A DNA stretch of 64,000 nucleotides from Planctomycetota bacterium (GCA_947501605.1 CANMWZ010000005.1:64001-128000), one strand, 5' to 3'. Counted from the stretch's first letter, positions 1 to 9,664 are shown. A program made the numbers and translations. The notes: a model not told the origin generated them from the sequence alone.

Positions 1-1224
1 GGTCGTGTCGTTGCCGTTGATGACGACGGTCGTAGGAGTCGAGGCCGGATCGAATGGGTCGGTGGACCAGACGACGAAGTCTGCGTCCATGCCGGCCTCG
101 AGGCGGCCCTTGCGCTCAGCGAGGCCGAGTAGCTTGGCCGGTTGCGAGGTGACTGCCGCGAGCGCTTGTTGGCGTCCGAGGCCGAAGCGGTGGGCGAACA
201 TTGCTTCGCGCACGAGTTCGGTGGCGTTGGTGTTGCTGCCGGTGGTGATGACGAACGGGATGCCTCGGTCCTGCAGGTGCTTCAGGGTCGCAAAGCGCGG
301 TTCGGCGCCGTCCTGGCCAGCCGAGCCGCCGACCGCGCTGGCACTCGGGGCGCCGACCATGACCCACACGCGCGCTTTCTGCAGTTCGTCGAGGACGAGG
401 TACGCGTCCTGGGCCTCGTCGATCACCGGCGTGTAGCCGAACTCATCGGCGAGTCGCAGCGCCGTGCGCAGGTCCTGCTCGCTGCGCGCCGTGGTCACCA
501 GCGGCAGCGATCCCTGCAAGACGCGGGTGAGCACCGACAGGTCGCGCTGTTCTTGCGTCGTGCGCGTCGTCTTGGTGCCGCCCTGGGTCTCGGCGATCTG
601 CTCCTTGGCGTCGAAGAACGCGCGCCGCGCCGACCAGATGACGCCCATGCGCGAAGTCGGGCGCCGGTAGTAGATGGAGTCGACGTTGCCGCCGCGGATC
701 GCGCGATTGCCCATCGACGGCTCGGCGCCGAGGACCAGGCGCAACGAGGCCTCGTCGCGCAGGACCATCGCCGCTGGGTCGCTGGCCCAGGTCTGCAGCA
801 CGACCGACAGGCCGCCCATCACGCTGCGGGTGCCCGGCATCAAGTGCACGGCAGTCACTCCAGAGTTGCGGGCGCGTGCGAGGGCAGGATTCTGCGGGTC
901 GAGGCTGTCGAGCACGCGCAGCGCTGGCGTGATCTCCGTGCTCTGCTCGTTGCCGTCGGCTTCGGCCACGCTGCCATCCCAGGCGGCGTCGATCAGGCCC
1001 GGCGTGATCACGAGGCCGTTGCACTCGACGATGCGGGCGCCGTCCGGGATCGTCGTGCTGGCGCCGCCAACGGTCTGCACGCGGCCGTTCTGGATCACCA
1101 GGACTGCGTCGGTGATGGGCGCGCGGTCCCCGGGCCACACGGTCGCGCCGCGGTAGACGACGGGCAGGTCTTGCGCGAACGCCGACGCGGCGAACAGGGC
1201 AACGGTGGTCGCAACGCGCAGCAT
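1..1224 (-). CDS. Secreted amidohydrolase-family protein (imidazolonepropionase-like fold), 3' end truncated by window edge
   Basis: Not in the ORF track because it runs off the edge. Hand translation: MLRVATTVALFAASAFAQ (signal peptide)...LVITPGLIDAAW...SGVTAVHLMPG...KGRLEAGMDADFVVWSTDPF. Its ATG overlaps the TGA of the upstream gene at 1224. Confidence 0.85.
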   Translation of the reverse strand, partial: MLRVATTVALFAASAFAQDLPVVYRGATVWPGDRAPITDAVLVIQNGRVQTVGGASTTIPDGARIVECNGLVITPGLIDAAWDGSVAEADGNEQSTEITPALRVLDSLDPQNPALARARNSGVTAVHLMPGTRSVMGGLSVVLQTWASDPAAMVLRDEASLRLVLGAEPSMGNRAIRGGNVDSIYYRRPTSRMGVIWSARRAFFDAKEQIAETQGGTKTTRTTQEQRDLSVLTRVLQGSLPLVTTARSEQDLRTALRLADEFGYTPVIDEAQDAYLVLDELQKARVWVMVGAPSASAVGGSAGQDGAEPRFATLKHLQDRGIPFVITTGSNTNATELVREAMFAHRFGLGRQQALAAVTSQPAKLLGLAERKGRLEAGMDADFVVWSTDPFDPASTPTTVVINGNDTT

Positions 1225-2450
1225 CACAGCGTCTCCTTGCTCTTCGGCGCCGGTTCGTTGGGCTTGGTCGCGCAAGCGCCGGCGGCGCCGAACAGCAACT
1301 GGCCGTCGCCGTAGACGGCGAGCAAACGGGAACCAAGGTCGAGGGGATCGCCGTCGAAGACGACGAAGTCGGCATCGCAGCCGCGGCGCAGCGAGCCGTG
1401 CGTCGCCGCCACGCCGCACAGTTCCGCCGGTGTGCGGGCGAGCGCAGCCAGCGCCGTCTTCTTGCTGCAACCGTGTTGCACCGCGAGCGCCGCGCTGCTG
1501 CGCGTCAAGCGAGGCGAACCAGCAAAGCAGAACGCCACGCCCCTGGCTTCGAAGCGAGCGGGGAGAGTCAGCATCTCATCGCGCAGTTCGGGGCGCAGCG
1601 GCGGCAGGATCACTGCCGCGCGCGCGGCGACGATCTCTTGGATGCAGTCAGAGGCCTCGTTGGCCCCGGCGATCACCGGCTCGATGCCGAGTTCTTTGCA
1701 GAGCGCCAGCGCCGCGAGGATCTCGGCGCGGGTGTCGGCATGCACGACGGCGCGGCGTTCGCCGCGCGCAACGGCGGCGAGCGCAACGGCCTCGGGCCCA
1801 GTCAGCGTGCCACTCTTCGCTTCGCCAAACGCGTTGCGCAACAAGTCGACTGCGCCCATCAGCGAAGTCGGCTGCCGCTCGGGATTGCGCGACGCGGCGA
1901 TCAGCGAGAACTTGGCGTAGATCTGTTCCAGGCGCAGCGAGCCCATGGATTGCGAGTCCTTGCCGCCGACCCCGGGCTCGACCAGCGCGGCGATGCCGCC
2001 GGCGACGTTGGTCGACGAGGGCGCGAGCGCGCAGCTCGTGAACCCGTGTTCGGGCAGTTGCCGCAGCATGGCGCCGGCTGGGTCAAACGCGTCGGCGGCC
2101 AGTAGGTCTGGCGTCAGCGCTACGGCGCGCTCGGCGAGGTCTTGTTCTTGGCCCAGCGTGCTGTGCGCAAGCACGAAGCCCGGCACGATCGTGGCGCGAT
2201 CGAACGCGACGATGGTGGCGCGGGCGCGGGCTTCTGGCGGGATCTCGCTGCCGAGCTGCGCCACCTTGCCGTCGCGGACCAACATCTCACCCGGTGAGAT
2301 CACGGTGTCCGGTGCGATGACCAGCGTGGCGCAGCGGACCAGCAGTTCTGGTGGTTGCTGCGCTTGCAGGGAGGCCGTCGCCGCGAGGGCCAGGAATACG
2401 AACGGCAGCAGCGCGCGGCCATTCGCCAGTGAATCTCGGGACGTCTTCAT
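1224..2450 (-). CDS. Secreted amidohydrolase-family protein
   Basis: Signal-like N-terminus, IVPGFVLAH, GSLRRGCDADFVVFDGDPL C-terminal motif. ATG at 2450 with AGGAG RBS, overlapping the upstream TGA (ATGA). Confidence 0.85.
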   Translation of the reverse strand: MKTSRDSLANGRALLPFVFLALAATASLQAQQPPELLVRCATLVIAPDTVISPGEMLVRDGKVAQLGSEIPPEARARATIVAFDRATIVPGFVLAHSTLGQEQDLAERAVALTPDLLAADAFDPAGAMLRQLPEHGFTSCALAPSSTNVAGGIAALVEPGVGGKDSQSMGSLRLEQIYAKFSLIAASRNPERQPTSLMGAVDLLRNAFGEAKSGTLTGPEAVALAAVARGERRAVVHADTRAEILAALALCKELGIEPVIAGANEASDCIQEIVAARAAVILPPLRPELRDEMLTLPARFEARGVAFCFAGSPRLTRSSAALAVQHGCSKKTALAALARTPAELCGVAATHGSLRRGCDADFVVFDGDPLDLGSRLLAVYGDGQLLFGAAGACATKPNEPAPKSKETL

Positions 2451-4342
2451 CGCGGCTCCTTGTTCGGCTGCGTCGATTCGTACTGCACCGCGCCGGCCGA
2501 CCACACCGCGAGCACGCGGCAGTCGCTCTGCAACAAGGGCCGGTCGCAGATCAACAAGTCCGCGAGCTTGCCCTGTTGCAGCGAGCCCACGTCCTTTTGC
2601 ACGCCGAGGATCTCGGCTGGCGTAAGCGTGATGGCGCGCAGTGCAGCGCTGGCATCGAGGCCGTTGCCGACCGCAGTCGCGGCCATCAGCGGCAGGGAGC
2701 TGGCGCGGCGGCCGCTGCCACTGGCGATTGCAAAGACGACGCCGGCGTCGTGGAGCGCCTTGGGCAGAGCATCCGGTGCGAACGCCGCGAACGGTTCCGG
2801 CAGTTCCGTGGCGAAGGTGCCGGTCAGCACGCAGGCGATCGAAGCCGCGGCGAGCTCCTTGCGGACGCTTGCCGCACCGATCATGTTCTCGAACACCAAC
2901 CCGGGCACCTTCTTCGTGCGCGCCACGGCGATGCAGGCGCGGACTTCGTCGGGGCGCACGAGGTGCACGCGCAAGGGCAACGTGCCATCGAGCACCTTGA
3001 GCAGGGTGTCCTTCACTGGGTCGCGTGGGTCGGCCTTCGGATACTTGGGCCGCTCGGGTGGCTTCTCGTCGCCCTTGGCGTCGGGTTTGGCGCCAGCGTT
3101 ATCGGGCTTGGCGCCGGTGGGGAGGCCCGCGGCCGGCTTTGGCTCCTGCGGCTTTGGCGCGTCGGGCTTTGGTTGGTCGGGCTTTGGCTCCTGCGGCTTT
3201 GGCTCGTCCGGTTTCGGCTGCTCTGGCTTCGGCTGCTCTGGTTTCGGTTCTGCTGGCTTCGGTTCCGCAGGCTTTGGTTGCTCTGGCGGTGGCGACTCGG
3301 GCTTGGGTTGGTCGGGCTTGGGCGAAGGTGCCGGCTCGTCGCCGCCGGGTCGGCCGCCGCGGCGGCCACCGCGGTTCCCGCGCTGCCCAGGACCACGTGG
3401 CGCCTCGCCGCCGCCTTCGGTCCCGTCCGGAACCTTGGCGTCGGGCTTCGGCGCGTCGTCCCCGCCTGCGGCCTTCGGCGTCTCGTTCTTCGCGGCGTCC
3501 GCCTGCGCGGGCTCGTCCTTCTTGTTCTTCTTCTCGTGCCAGGCGACGTAGTCGGCGAAGTCCTTGGTGTACTTCTCCAGCGCCTTCTGCTGCTCGTCGG
3601 CCTTCTTGCGATAGTCGTCGAGCCCTTGGAACGCACCGAAGGCGCCTTCGATCGCACGCTGGCGATCGAGTGGGTGGGTGCCGGTCGGCGGGGCCGCGAG
3701 CTGCAGGCCGACACCCGCTTGCTCTTTGCCCGGCATCACCGAGAACCCGTTCTGTTTCGGCCGCACGATGGCGCCGAGGCCGGACCACGGTGTGCCGCGG
3801 CTGTTGCTGACATAGGCCGTGGTGATGCCGCTCTGGACGATGCTGTCTTCGCGATCTTGGCGCCGGCCGAGGGCTTCGGCGATCGGTGTCGCGGCGTCGG
3901 CCGAGCTGTCGTTGCGCGCGGCGTCGTCAAGAAACGCGTCCGAGCTGGCGTCGACGAGGCCGGGGTAGATGTGGGCGCCATCGAAGCGCACGGTTTCGGC
4001 GCCCTCGGGGATCTCGACTTCGCCCTGCTTGCCGACGGCGACGATGCGATCGCCGCGCACCAACACGACGCCTTCTTCGATGTCGGAAGCCGCGACCGGG
4101 TGCACGTGACTCGCCAACACCGCGACCGTGCGGACCGGTCGGCGACCGCCGCGCCGGGCCGCGGGGATCGCGGCTGGTTCCGTCGCTGCGGGCACGACGT
4201 CGGCCGGAGCTACCGGTTGTTCCGCCGCAGGCGGTGCCGGCTCCTGCGGCTTGGTTGCATCGGGCTCCTGCGCCAGCAGCGCAGTGGTGCAGAGGGGCAG
4301 GAGCCAGGCGAACAGGACCGAGGACGTCAGGTTTGGCCGCAT
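2447..4342 (-). CDS. Secreted amidohydrolase-family protein with a Pro/Lys/Glu-rich insertion
   Basis: Signal peptide MRPNLTSSVLFAWLLPLCTTALLAQ; IYPGLVDAS; GSLQQGKLADLLI; internal PKPEQ-type repeats. Confidence 0.85.
   Translation of the reverse strand: MRPNLTSSVLFAWLLPLCTTALLAQEPDATKPQEPAPPAAEQPVAPADVVPAATEPAAIPAARRGGRRPVRTVAVLASHVHPVAASDIEEGVVLVRGDRIVAVGKQGEVEIPEGAETVRFDGAHIYPGLVDASSDAFLDDAARNDSSADAATPIAEALGRRQDREDSIVQSGITTAYVSNSRGTPWSGLGAIVRPKQNGFSVMPGKEQAGVGLQLAAPPTGTHPLDRQRAIEGAFGAFQGLDDYRKKADEQQKALEKYTKDFADYVAWHEKKNKKDEPAQADAAKNETPKAAGGDDAPKPDAKVPDGTEGGGEAPRGPGQRGNRGGRRGGRPGGDEPAPSPKPDQPKPESPPPEQPKPAEPKPAEPKPEQPKPEQPKPDEPKPQEPKPDQPKPDAPKPQEPKPAAGLPTGAKPDNAGAKPDAKGDEKPPERPKYPKADPRDPVKDTLLKVLDGTLPLRVHLVRPDEVRACIAVARTKKVPGLVFENMIGAASVRKELAAASIACVLTGTFATELPEPFAAFAPDALPKALHDAGVVFAIASGSGRRASSLPLMAATAVGNGLDASAALRAITLTPAEILGVQKDVGSLQQGKLADLLICDRPLLQSDCRVLAVWSAGAVQYESTQPNKEPR
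3130..3325 (-). repeat. Degenerate 15-bp coding tandem repeat (PKPxx pentapeptide, about 11-12 units)
   Basis: Translation PKPDQPKPESPPPEQPKPAEPKPAEPKPEQPKPEQPKPDEPKPQEPKPDQPKPDAPKPQEPKP; ggctttgg/ggtttcgg/ggcttcgg units recur on the + strand. Confidence 0.9.
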
Positions 4343-4542
4343 GCGTACTTGGGGCGAGGAGCGGGCGCAGCGAGGAGGGTGCGGTTCTACGGACTCCGGC
4401 GCGCTTTGCGTGAAGCCTTTTTTGTGCCGCGTCATCTCGCTGCCATGGCTCCTAGTTGGGGAGCCCGCGTCTGTCCAGTCCCGGCATCGAAGTGCCGAAT
4501 GCTCGCCGTTGTCCTGCGACTCGGCCGCTCTATGCTGCGATC

Positions 4543-4833
4543 GTGACCCTCGTCGAGGTGCAGTTCGAACCAGCGGGCAAGATCGTGTTCGTCAGTCCAG
4601 GCACGACATTGCTGGCGGCGGGCACGGCGGCCGGCATCGATATCCCGTGTGGCTGTCGGCGAGGGATGTGCGGAACGGATGCGGTTGCGGTCGCACCGCA
4701 AGAGGGGATGGAGCCGCCGGGACCTGTGGAGCGCTCCACGCTCGAGCGAATGGGCCTCGAGTCAGTCTTCCGGCTGTCATGCTCGGCGCGCGTTCAATCC
4801 GGCATCGTCCGTGTCGATCTCGATCGCTTCTGA
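4543..4833 (+). CDS. 2Fe-2S ferredoxin-like protein
   Basis: GTG start; TTLLAAG..AGIDIPCGCRRGMCGTD...RLSCSARV fer2 pattern. Confidence 0.85.
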   Translation: MTLVEVQFEPAGKIVFVSPGTTLLAAGTAAGIDIPCGCRRGMCGTDAVAVAPQEGMEPPGPVERSTLERMGLESVFRLSCSARVQSGIVRVDLDRF

Positions 4834-4856
4834 TGTGCTGATTCTGAGGCAATGAT

Positions 4857-5477
4857 TTGACCCAACCCAGCGAGCGGCGGCGTCCCGTCCGAGAAGGCCT
4901 CGGCTTCTTCGGTACCTTCCTTGGGCAACCTGGCTCGATCGGCGCGGTGCTTCCCAGTACGCGCTACCTCGCGCGCGCGTTGGTCGGACGGCTCGAACTG
5001 CAGTCCGACGAACTGGTCGTCGAGTTCGGACCGGGAACCGGTCCGATGACCGCGGTGATCCGCGAACTGCTGCCGCCGCGCGCCAAGTACGTCGGCATCG
5101 AGTTGGAAACGAAGTTCCACACCTTGCTGGTCAAGCGCTTCCCGACGATGACGTTCCATCTGGGCAGTGCCGGTGACTTGCCCGCGATCCTGCGCGAACA
5201 CGGCTTGCCCAAGGCCATGCGCATCATCTCAGGGCTGCCCTTCGCCAGCCTGCCGGCGAAGGTCCAGGACGCCGTCGTGAATGGAGTGGTGGAGTGTCTG
5301 CATCCGGCTGGCGACTTCCGCACGTTCCAGTACATGCACGCGTATGGCATGGCCAAGGCGCGCCGGTTCCGCTCGCTGATGGATGAGCGCTTTGCGAGCT
5401 TCGAGCGCATTGGGCCGATCCTGCGCAACATGCCGCCGGCCTACGTGCTGCGCTATTGGGCTCGGCGCGACGCCTGA
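4857..5477 (+). CDS. pmtA: Phospholipid N-methyltransferase (rhizobial PmtA-type SAM methyltransferase)
   Basis: IGAVLPST..LA, VVEFGPGTG, IISGLPF, FQY, N.PPAYV motifs. Confidence 0.75.
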   Translation: MTQPSERRRPVREGLGFFGTFLGQPGSIGAVLPSTRYLARALVGRLELQSDELVVEFGPGTGPMTAVIRELLPPRAKYVGIELETKFHTLLVKRFPTMTFHLGSAGDLPAILREHGLPKAMRIISGLPFASLPAKVQDAVVNGVVECLHPAGDFRTFQYMHAYGMAKARRFRSLMDERFASFERIGPILRNMPPAYVLRYWARRDA

Positions 5478-5538
5478 CCCTGAACGCTCTGCCTGCCGTA
5501 GATGAGGGGCACAGCGTGGGGTCTCGGGGCGCGAGCCG

Positions 5539-6657
5539 TCACGGAGTCGTGACCCGGATCGAGCTCGAGAACAACCACGGCGCACCGAGCTCGGTGAAGA
5601 CGACAACGCGGTAGACCCCGGCATCGGGGGCGCGCAGTTCCAGCGTCGTTCCCGTGCGCTCGACGACCACCGCCCCGTCCTTCAGTAGCTGAATGCGGCC
5701 CATGGCTGGCGTGCGCACGGCGATCGTCAACTCGGGCGCCGCTGCGACCGTCGCACCCGGAAGGTGCACGAGTGCCCCCTGCGTGGCGCGGAAGTCGAAG
5801 CCTGAACCCTCGTGGAACACATCGAACGACACGTAGGTGCGGCCGAGTTTCACCGCCTCGACGATCGCGGCTTCTTCGAGACTGCGCGCCAGCACGTGCG
5901 TGCTGATCGTGAGGAAGACCTCGGGGTAGTCGGCGATCGTCCCGCCGAGTGGACCTAGCACCTTGATGCTCGCGTGCGCGTCGCCGCCACCGACGGGCGC
6001 GAACGGGTGGCGTAGCTCCAGTTGCTCGTCCCACGCGGCGAACACCTTGGGGTCAGCGATCGCGATGTTCTCCATCAGGAAGCGAGAGGGCAGCAACAGC
6101 CCGCTGCTCAGCACCCACGCGGGGTTGGCGGTCATCGCTCCGGCGTGCAGGTTGACGATTTCCGCGCCGACGAGTCCGGGCACGTTCCAGTCCTGCCACA
6201 TCTCGGCGTGGCAGACGAGCAGGATGGCTCCCTGGCGCTGCGCTTCTTGCACCATTGCGGCGCAGTGCATCCAGCGCCGCAGCGGCCGGGTGAGCGGGAA
6301 TGCGATCACGGTGCCCTGCGGCGTGCGCAGTTCGCAGCCAACCAGGAACAAGGTGTTGCCGAGCATGCCGCGACGGCCGTCCGCGACCGACGCGTCGGTT
6401 TGGTGGTCGGTCATCACCACGAAGTCCGTGTGCGCGCGTTCGCACGCGGCCTGGATCTCCTCGAAGGTGCCTTTGCTGTCGTGCGAGAGGTAGGAGTGGC
6501 AGTGCACCATTCCTTTCCAGTCGAACAGCTTGGTGCCGTCGACGGGCAGCGGGCGTTGGCTGCGAAATCCACCGACTGGGCCTGTCATGGTCGTGAAGGC
6601 TGAGCACGACACAAGAGCCGGTAGCAGGCTCAGCAGCAGGCGAAGGAACGCGGGCAT
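5539..6657 (-). CDS. PHP-domain metallohydrolase (CehA/McbA-like), probable lipoprotein
   Basis: Lipobox-like LVSC; HCHSYLSHDS, MTDH, CH and GGGDAH metal ligands. Confidence 0.8.
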   Translation of the reverse strand: MPAFLRLLLSLLPALVSCSAFTTMTGPVGGFRSQRPLPVDGTKLFDWKGMVHCHSYLSHDSKGTFEEIQAACERAHTDFVVMTDHQTDASVADGRRGMLGNTLFLVGCELRTPQGTVIAFPLTRPLRRWMHCAAMVQEAQRQGAILLVCHAEMWQDWNVPGLVGAEIVNLHAGAMTANPAWVLSSGLLLPSRFLMENIAIADPKVFAAWDEQLELRHPFAPVGGGDAHASIKVLGPLGGTIADYPEVFLTISTHVLARSLEEAAIVEAVKLGRTYVSFDVFHEGSGFDFRATQGALVHLPGATVAAAPELTIAVRTPAMGRIQLLKDGAVVVERTGTTLELRAPDAGVYRVVVFTELGAPWLFSSSIRVTTP

Positions 6658-6770
6658 GTACGTTGGTCGGCTAGGACGGGGGCGCGGCACGAGTCGGGCA
6701 CAACCTAGTGCTCGCCATCGTCGGGGCCCAGGTTGCATTGGCACCAAGACACCGCCACCATGTTCGCCCC

Positions 6771-7394
6771 TTGTCCGTCTCACTCCGAGTCCTTTGCCTG
6801 ATACTGCCCCTGGCGTTGTCGCTCGGCGGTTGTGCGGGGCGGACGCCTCTGCCGCACGCCGGCTCGCGTCGTCCGTTGGCACTCACTCTGCCGCACGAGG
6901 GCGACCACATCACCGATGTGCGCGTGTACTACGCCATTCCCATCTTGCAGAAGTCGTTCTTCTGGGACGGCAATAGCGAAGTCGACAGTGCAGGTCTCAG
7001 GATCCGTCAGTTGTGGCAGGTCGAGAACGATGTTGCACTGGGTGTCGGGCTGGCGGCTACGAACTGGTTTCTCGGCGGTCCCGACGTGCAGTCGATCGAG
7101 GCCGAAGGCGTTGGCCGAGCCTACGTCTACCGCAGCGACGACGACAGCTATGGCGTGTTCTGCGACGTGACCGGCGGTTTTCAGCAAGCGACGGACTCCA
7201 TTCCACCCGGCGGCACCGAGTGGAACTTCACGTTTTCCTTCGGGCCCGGCGTCGTCGTGCCGCTGCAACGAGCGCTCGACCTGCAGACTGGACTCACGTA
7301 CCACCACATCTCCAATGCACTCGGTCGCGACAGCCCGCGCAACCCGAGCCAGAACGAGGCGCAGCTCTGGATCGGACTCGCGTTCCGGTTCTGA
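6771..7394 (+). CDS. Outer-membrane beta-barrel, lipid A 3-O-deacylase (PagL)/acyloxyacyl hydrolase-like
   Basis: Lipobox-like LGGC, PPGGTEWNF, catalytic YHHISNA, N-P-S-Q-N, C-terminal aromatic (LAFRF). Start uncertain (6708-6771). Confidence 0.75.
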   Translation: MSVSLRVLCLILPLALSLGGCAGRTPLPHAGSRRPLALTLPHEGDHITDVRVYYAIPILQKSFFWDGNSEVDSAGLRIRQLWQVENDVALGVGLAATNWFLGGPDVQSIEAEGVGRAYVYRSDDDSYGVFCDVTGGFQQATDSIPPGGTEWNFTFSFGPGVVVPLQRALDLQTGLTYHHISNALGRDSPRNPSQNEAQLWIGLAFRF

Positions 7395-7520
7395 CGAGCC
7401 CGCTTTGGAGGCCCATCAGCGGTAGCGCGTCGCAGAGACGCTGCGGCCCCGACTCGAGTGGTCGCCGAGGTTGCTGCGAAGGACCGTTGCCGCTGGCTCA
7501 GGACGCAACGTGCCCGTCGC

Positions 7521-9047
7521 TCAGTGCGCGCCCTTGTAGCTGCGACAGACGAAGATGTCGGCACTGAAGACCTCGATGCCGAAGCGATCGATGTGCACCT
7601 GCTCGACCATCTCGGCGGACACGAAACGGGCGCGCATCTCGCCGACCAGTGCAGCGCGTTCGCTCGCGCGCGGCAACACGAAGATGGCGTCCTGACCGAG
7701 GTGCTGCTGCGGCGCGTCCCAGTGATCGAACTGAAGTGCCGAGTGACCGAGCGCGTTTTGGGCGAGAACTGCCTCGACCCGCGGTTCTTCGGGATGCGCT
7801 TGCTCGTGCAATCGGAGCCCGTGCGTCAGTTGTGCCGCATCCTTGTAGTCAGCAGCAAAGAAGAACACGTTGCCCTCGGTGTGGTCCTCGGGGTCGATCT
7901 TCTCCTCCCACTTCTTGGCGCACGTCGCGATCTCGGTCCAGCCGGTCCACGACGAACCGCGATGCTGGGGCCACAGGGAGATCAGCGGCGCCAGCGCAAG
8001 CAGCGGCATGGTGCAGATTGCCGCGCGGCGCGCCGACAGTGACAGTCTGGGGCGGCGGTCCTGGACGCCGCTCTCGGACCACCACCAGGCAACACCGAGC
8101 ATCAGCGGCAGGTAGGCCGGCGCGATCCAGTTCGGCTTCACCTGCATCCACATGGCGTTGGCCAGGAAGAACAGCGGCATCGGCAGCCCAAAGGCGAGTA
8201 GCCACAGCGCCCTCGGGTCGCGCTCGCCGGTGCGGGACAGCGCGCGGCGCGCGAGCCAGAGTGTCGCGAACGGCAGCATCAGCGCGATCGCCGGGTGCAG
8301 CAGGCCGAACTGGCCGCCGACGAACTGAAAGAACCAGTGCGCTGACCAGCGGGTGTTGCCGAAGCGATGGGAGGTCTGGAAACGGAACGACTCGAAGTCG
8401 TTGTGGATGTTCCACAGTACGACAGGCAGGAACACGAGCAGCGCGGTGAGGACGGCGAGCCACGGTCCCGGTCGCCGCAACTGGCGCCGCATCGGCGCGT
8501 CGAACAGCAACACAAGGACGCCGCTGAGGCCGAGGAACGCAGCGGTGTATTTGCTCAGCAAGGCACAGCCGGTGAACACGCCGGCGAGAATCCACCAGCC
8601 GAGTTTGCCGTCGCGGGCGCGCCACAAGGCTGCCATGCTCGCGAGCCAGAACAGGCACAACGGCGGGTCTGGGTTGGCGAGGAAGCGGGTCGCGATCAGC
8701 ACCGGGGCGCAGCTGCTGAACAGCAGCCAAGCGCGGACCGCATTCGCACTCGCGCCGAAGGCGCGAAGCAGGTGCATACCGACCAGCAACGTGCCGAGGC
8801 CGCACAGCATCGTCAGCAGGCGCACGCCGATGGCGCCATCGCCAAGCAGCTGCGTCCCGGTCCAGATCAGCCAAGCGACCATCGGCGGGTGATCGTAGTA
8901 CGAGCAGTCGGGGTGCTGGGCGTAGGTCCAGTAGTAGGCCTCCTGCGCAAACACCGGCATCGACAGGCTGAGCCAGATGCCGGGGAGGCAGGCCAGGAGG
9001 ATCCAGCGGAGTTCGACGTGCTCGTGGTCAGCGTTCAACGCGTGCAC
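7521..9047 (-). CDS. ArnT-like/GT39 (PMT_2) integral-membrane glycosyltransferase
   Basis: EAYYW, YYDHPPMVAW, DPPL, LLSKYTA, P.V.WN..ND..SF.FQ; many TM segments. Confidence 0.85.
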   Translation of the reverse strand: MHALNADHEHVELRWILLACLPGIWLSLSMPVFAQEAYYWTYAQHPDCSYYDHPPMVAWLIWTGTQLLGDGAIGVRLLTMLCGLGTLLVGMHLLRAFGASANAVRAWLLFSSCAPVLIATRFLANPDPPLCLFWLASMAALWRARDGKLGWWILAGVFTGCALLSKYTAAFLGLSGVLVLLFDAPMRRQLRRPGPWLAVLTALLVFLPVVLWNIHNDFESFRFQTSHRFGNTRWSAHWFFQFVGGQFGLLHPAIALMLPFATLWLARRALSRTGERDPRALWLLAFGLPMPLFFLANAMWMQVKPNWIAPAYLPLMLGVAWWWSESGVQDRRPRLSLSARRAAICTMPLLALAPLISLWPQHRGSSWTGWTEIATCAKKWEEKIDPEDHTEGNVFFFAADYKDAAQLTHGLRLHEQAHPEEPRVEAVLAQNALGHSALQFDHWDAPQQHLGQDAIFVLPRASERAALVGEMRARFVSAEMVEQVHIDRFGIEVFSADIFVCRSYKGAH

Positions 9048-9124
9048 GCTAGTCGCGCGCAGTTTCGCTGCAAACCCGCAAGGCCGGTTCCGAGGTGCTC
9101 AGCGTCAATTTCCCTTGATGCGGA

Positions 9125-9415
9125 TCAGAGCCGAGGAAGTCCGCGTCGGGCGCGCACGTCCTCCTCGATCGCTTCCGTACGCCGGATGGTGTGTTCGAGC
9201 CGCTCCTCCAGGACCGTGATGCGCAGATGGAGGTTTTTCACACGGTGGCCTGCAAACAGCGCGAGCCAGCACAGCCCGAGCGTGAACGTGAGCAGCCCGA
9301 TCTCCGGCATCTGCCAGAGCGGCAGCAGGCGGGAGGCCTCCTGTTCGAGCAGCAGGCTGGCGATGACGAGGCTGGCCATCAGCAGGTGGAACTGGCGTTC
9401 GTGCAGCGTGTGCAT
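9125..9415 (-). CDS. Small hypothetical membrane protein (2 hydrophobic segments plus coiled-coil tail)
   Basis: 96-aa ORF with protein-like composition; TAGACT -10-like box 6 nt before the ATG. Confidence 0.6.
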   Translation of the reverse strand: MHTLHERQFHLLMASLVIASLLLEQEASRLLPLWQMPEIGLLTFTLGLCWLALFAGHRVKNLHLRITVLEERLEHTIRRTEAIEEDVRARRGLPRL

Positions 9416-9664
9416 GGGCGCAGTCTAGCAACCGGTCGAAGCGAGCATCCGGCTCCGGGCCGGCCCAGAGGGCCGAGTCCTGGTCGGCCGGCCGAGTTGC
9501 ACCGCCACCAGTTCGACATGGTCCTTGCGCCTGGGTCCTTGCGCCTCGGATCGCCGCGCCCTGGATGTGGCCTCGGCTCATGACCTCGCCATAGAACGGC
9601 TGCTGGTCGCCGATGGGATCGCACTTTGGCCTGGATGAGGGAGCAACCGATACAAAGGCCACGG

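Noticed and set aside
3130..3325. 15-bp repeat array as a possible non-coding repeat or CRISPR
   Set aside because: Variation is mostly at synonymous positions and it encodes PKPxx peptides within a CDS.
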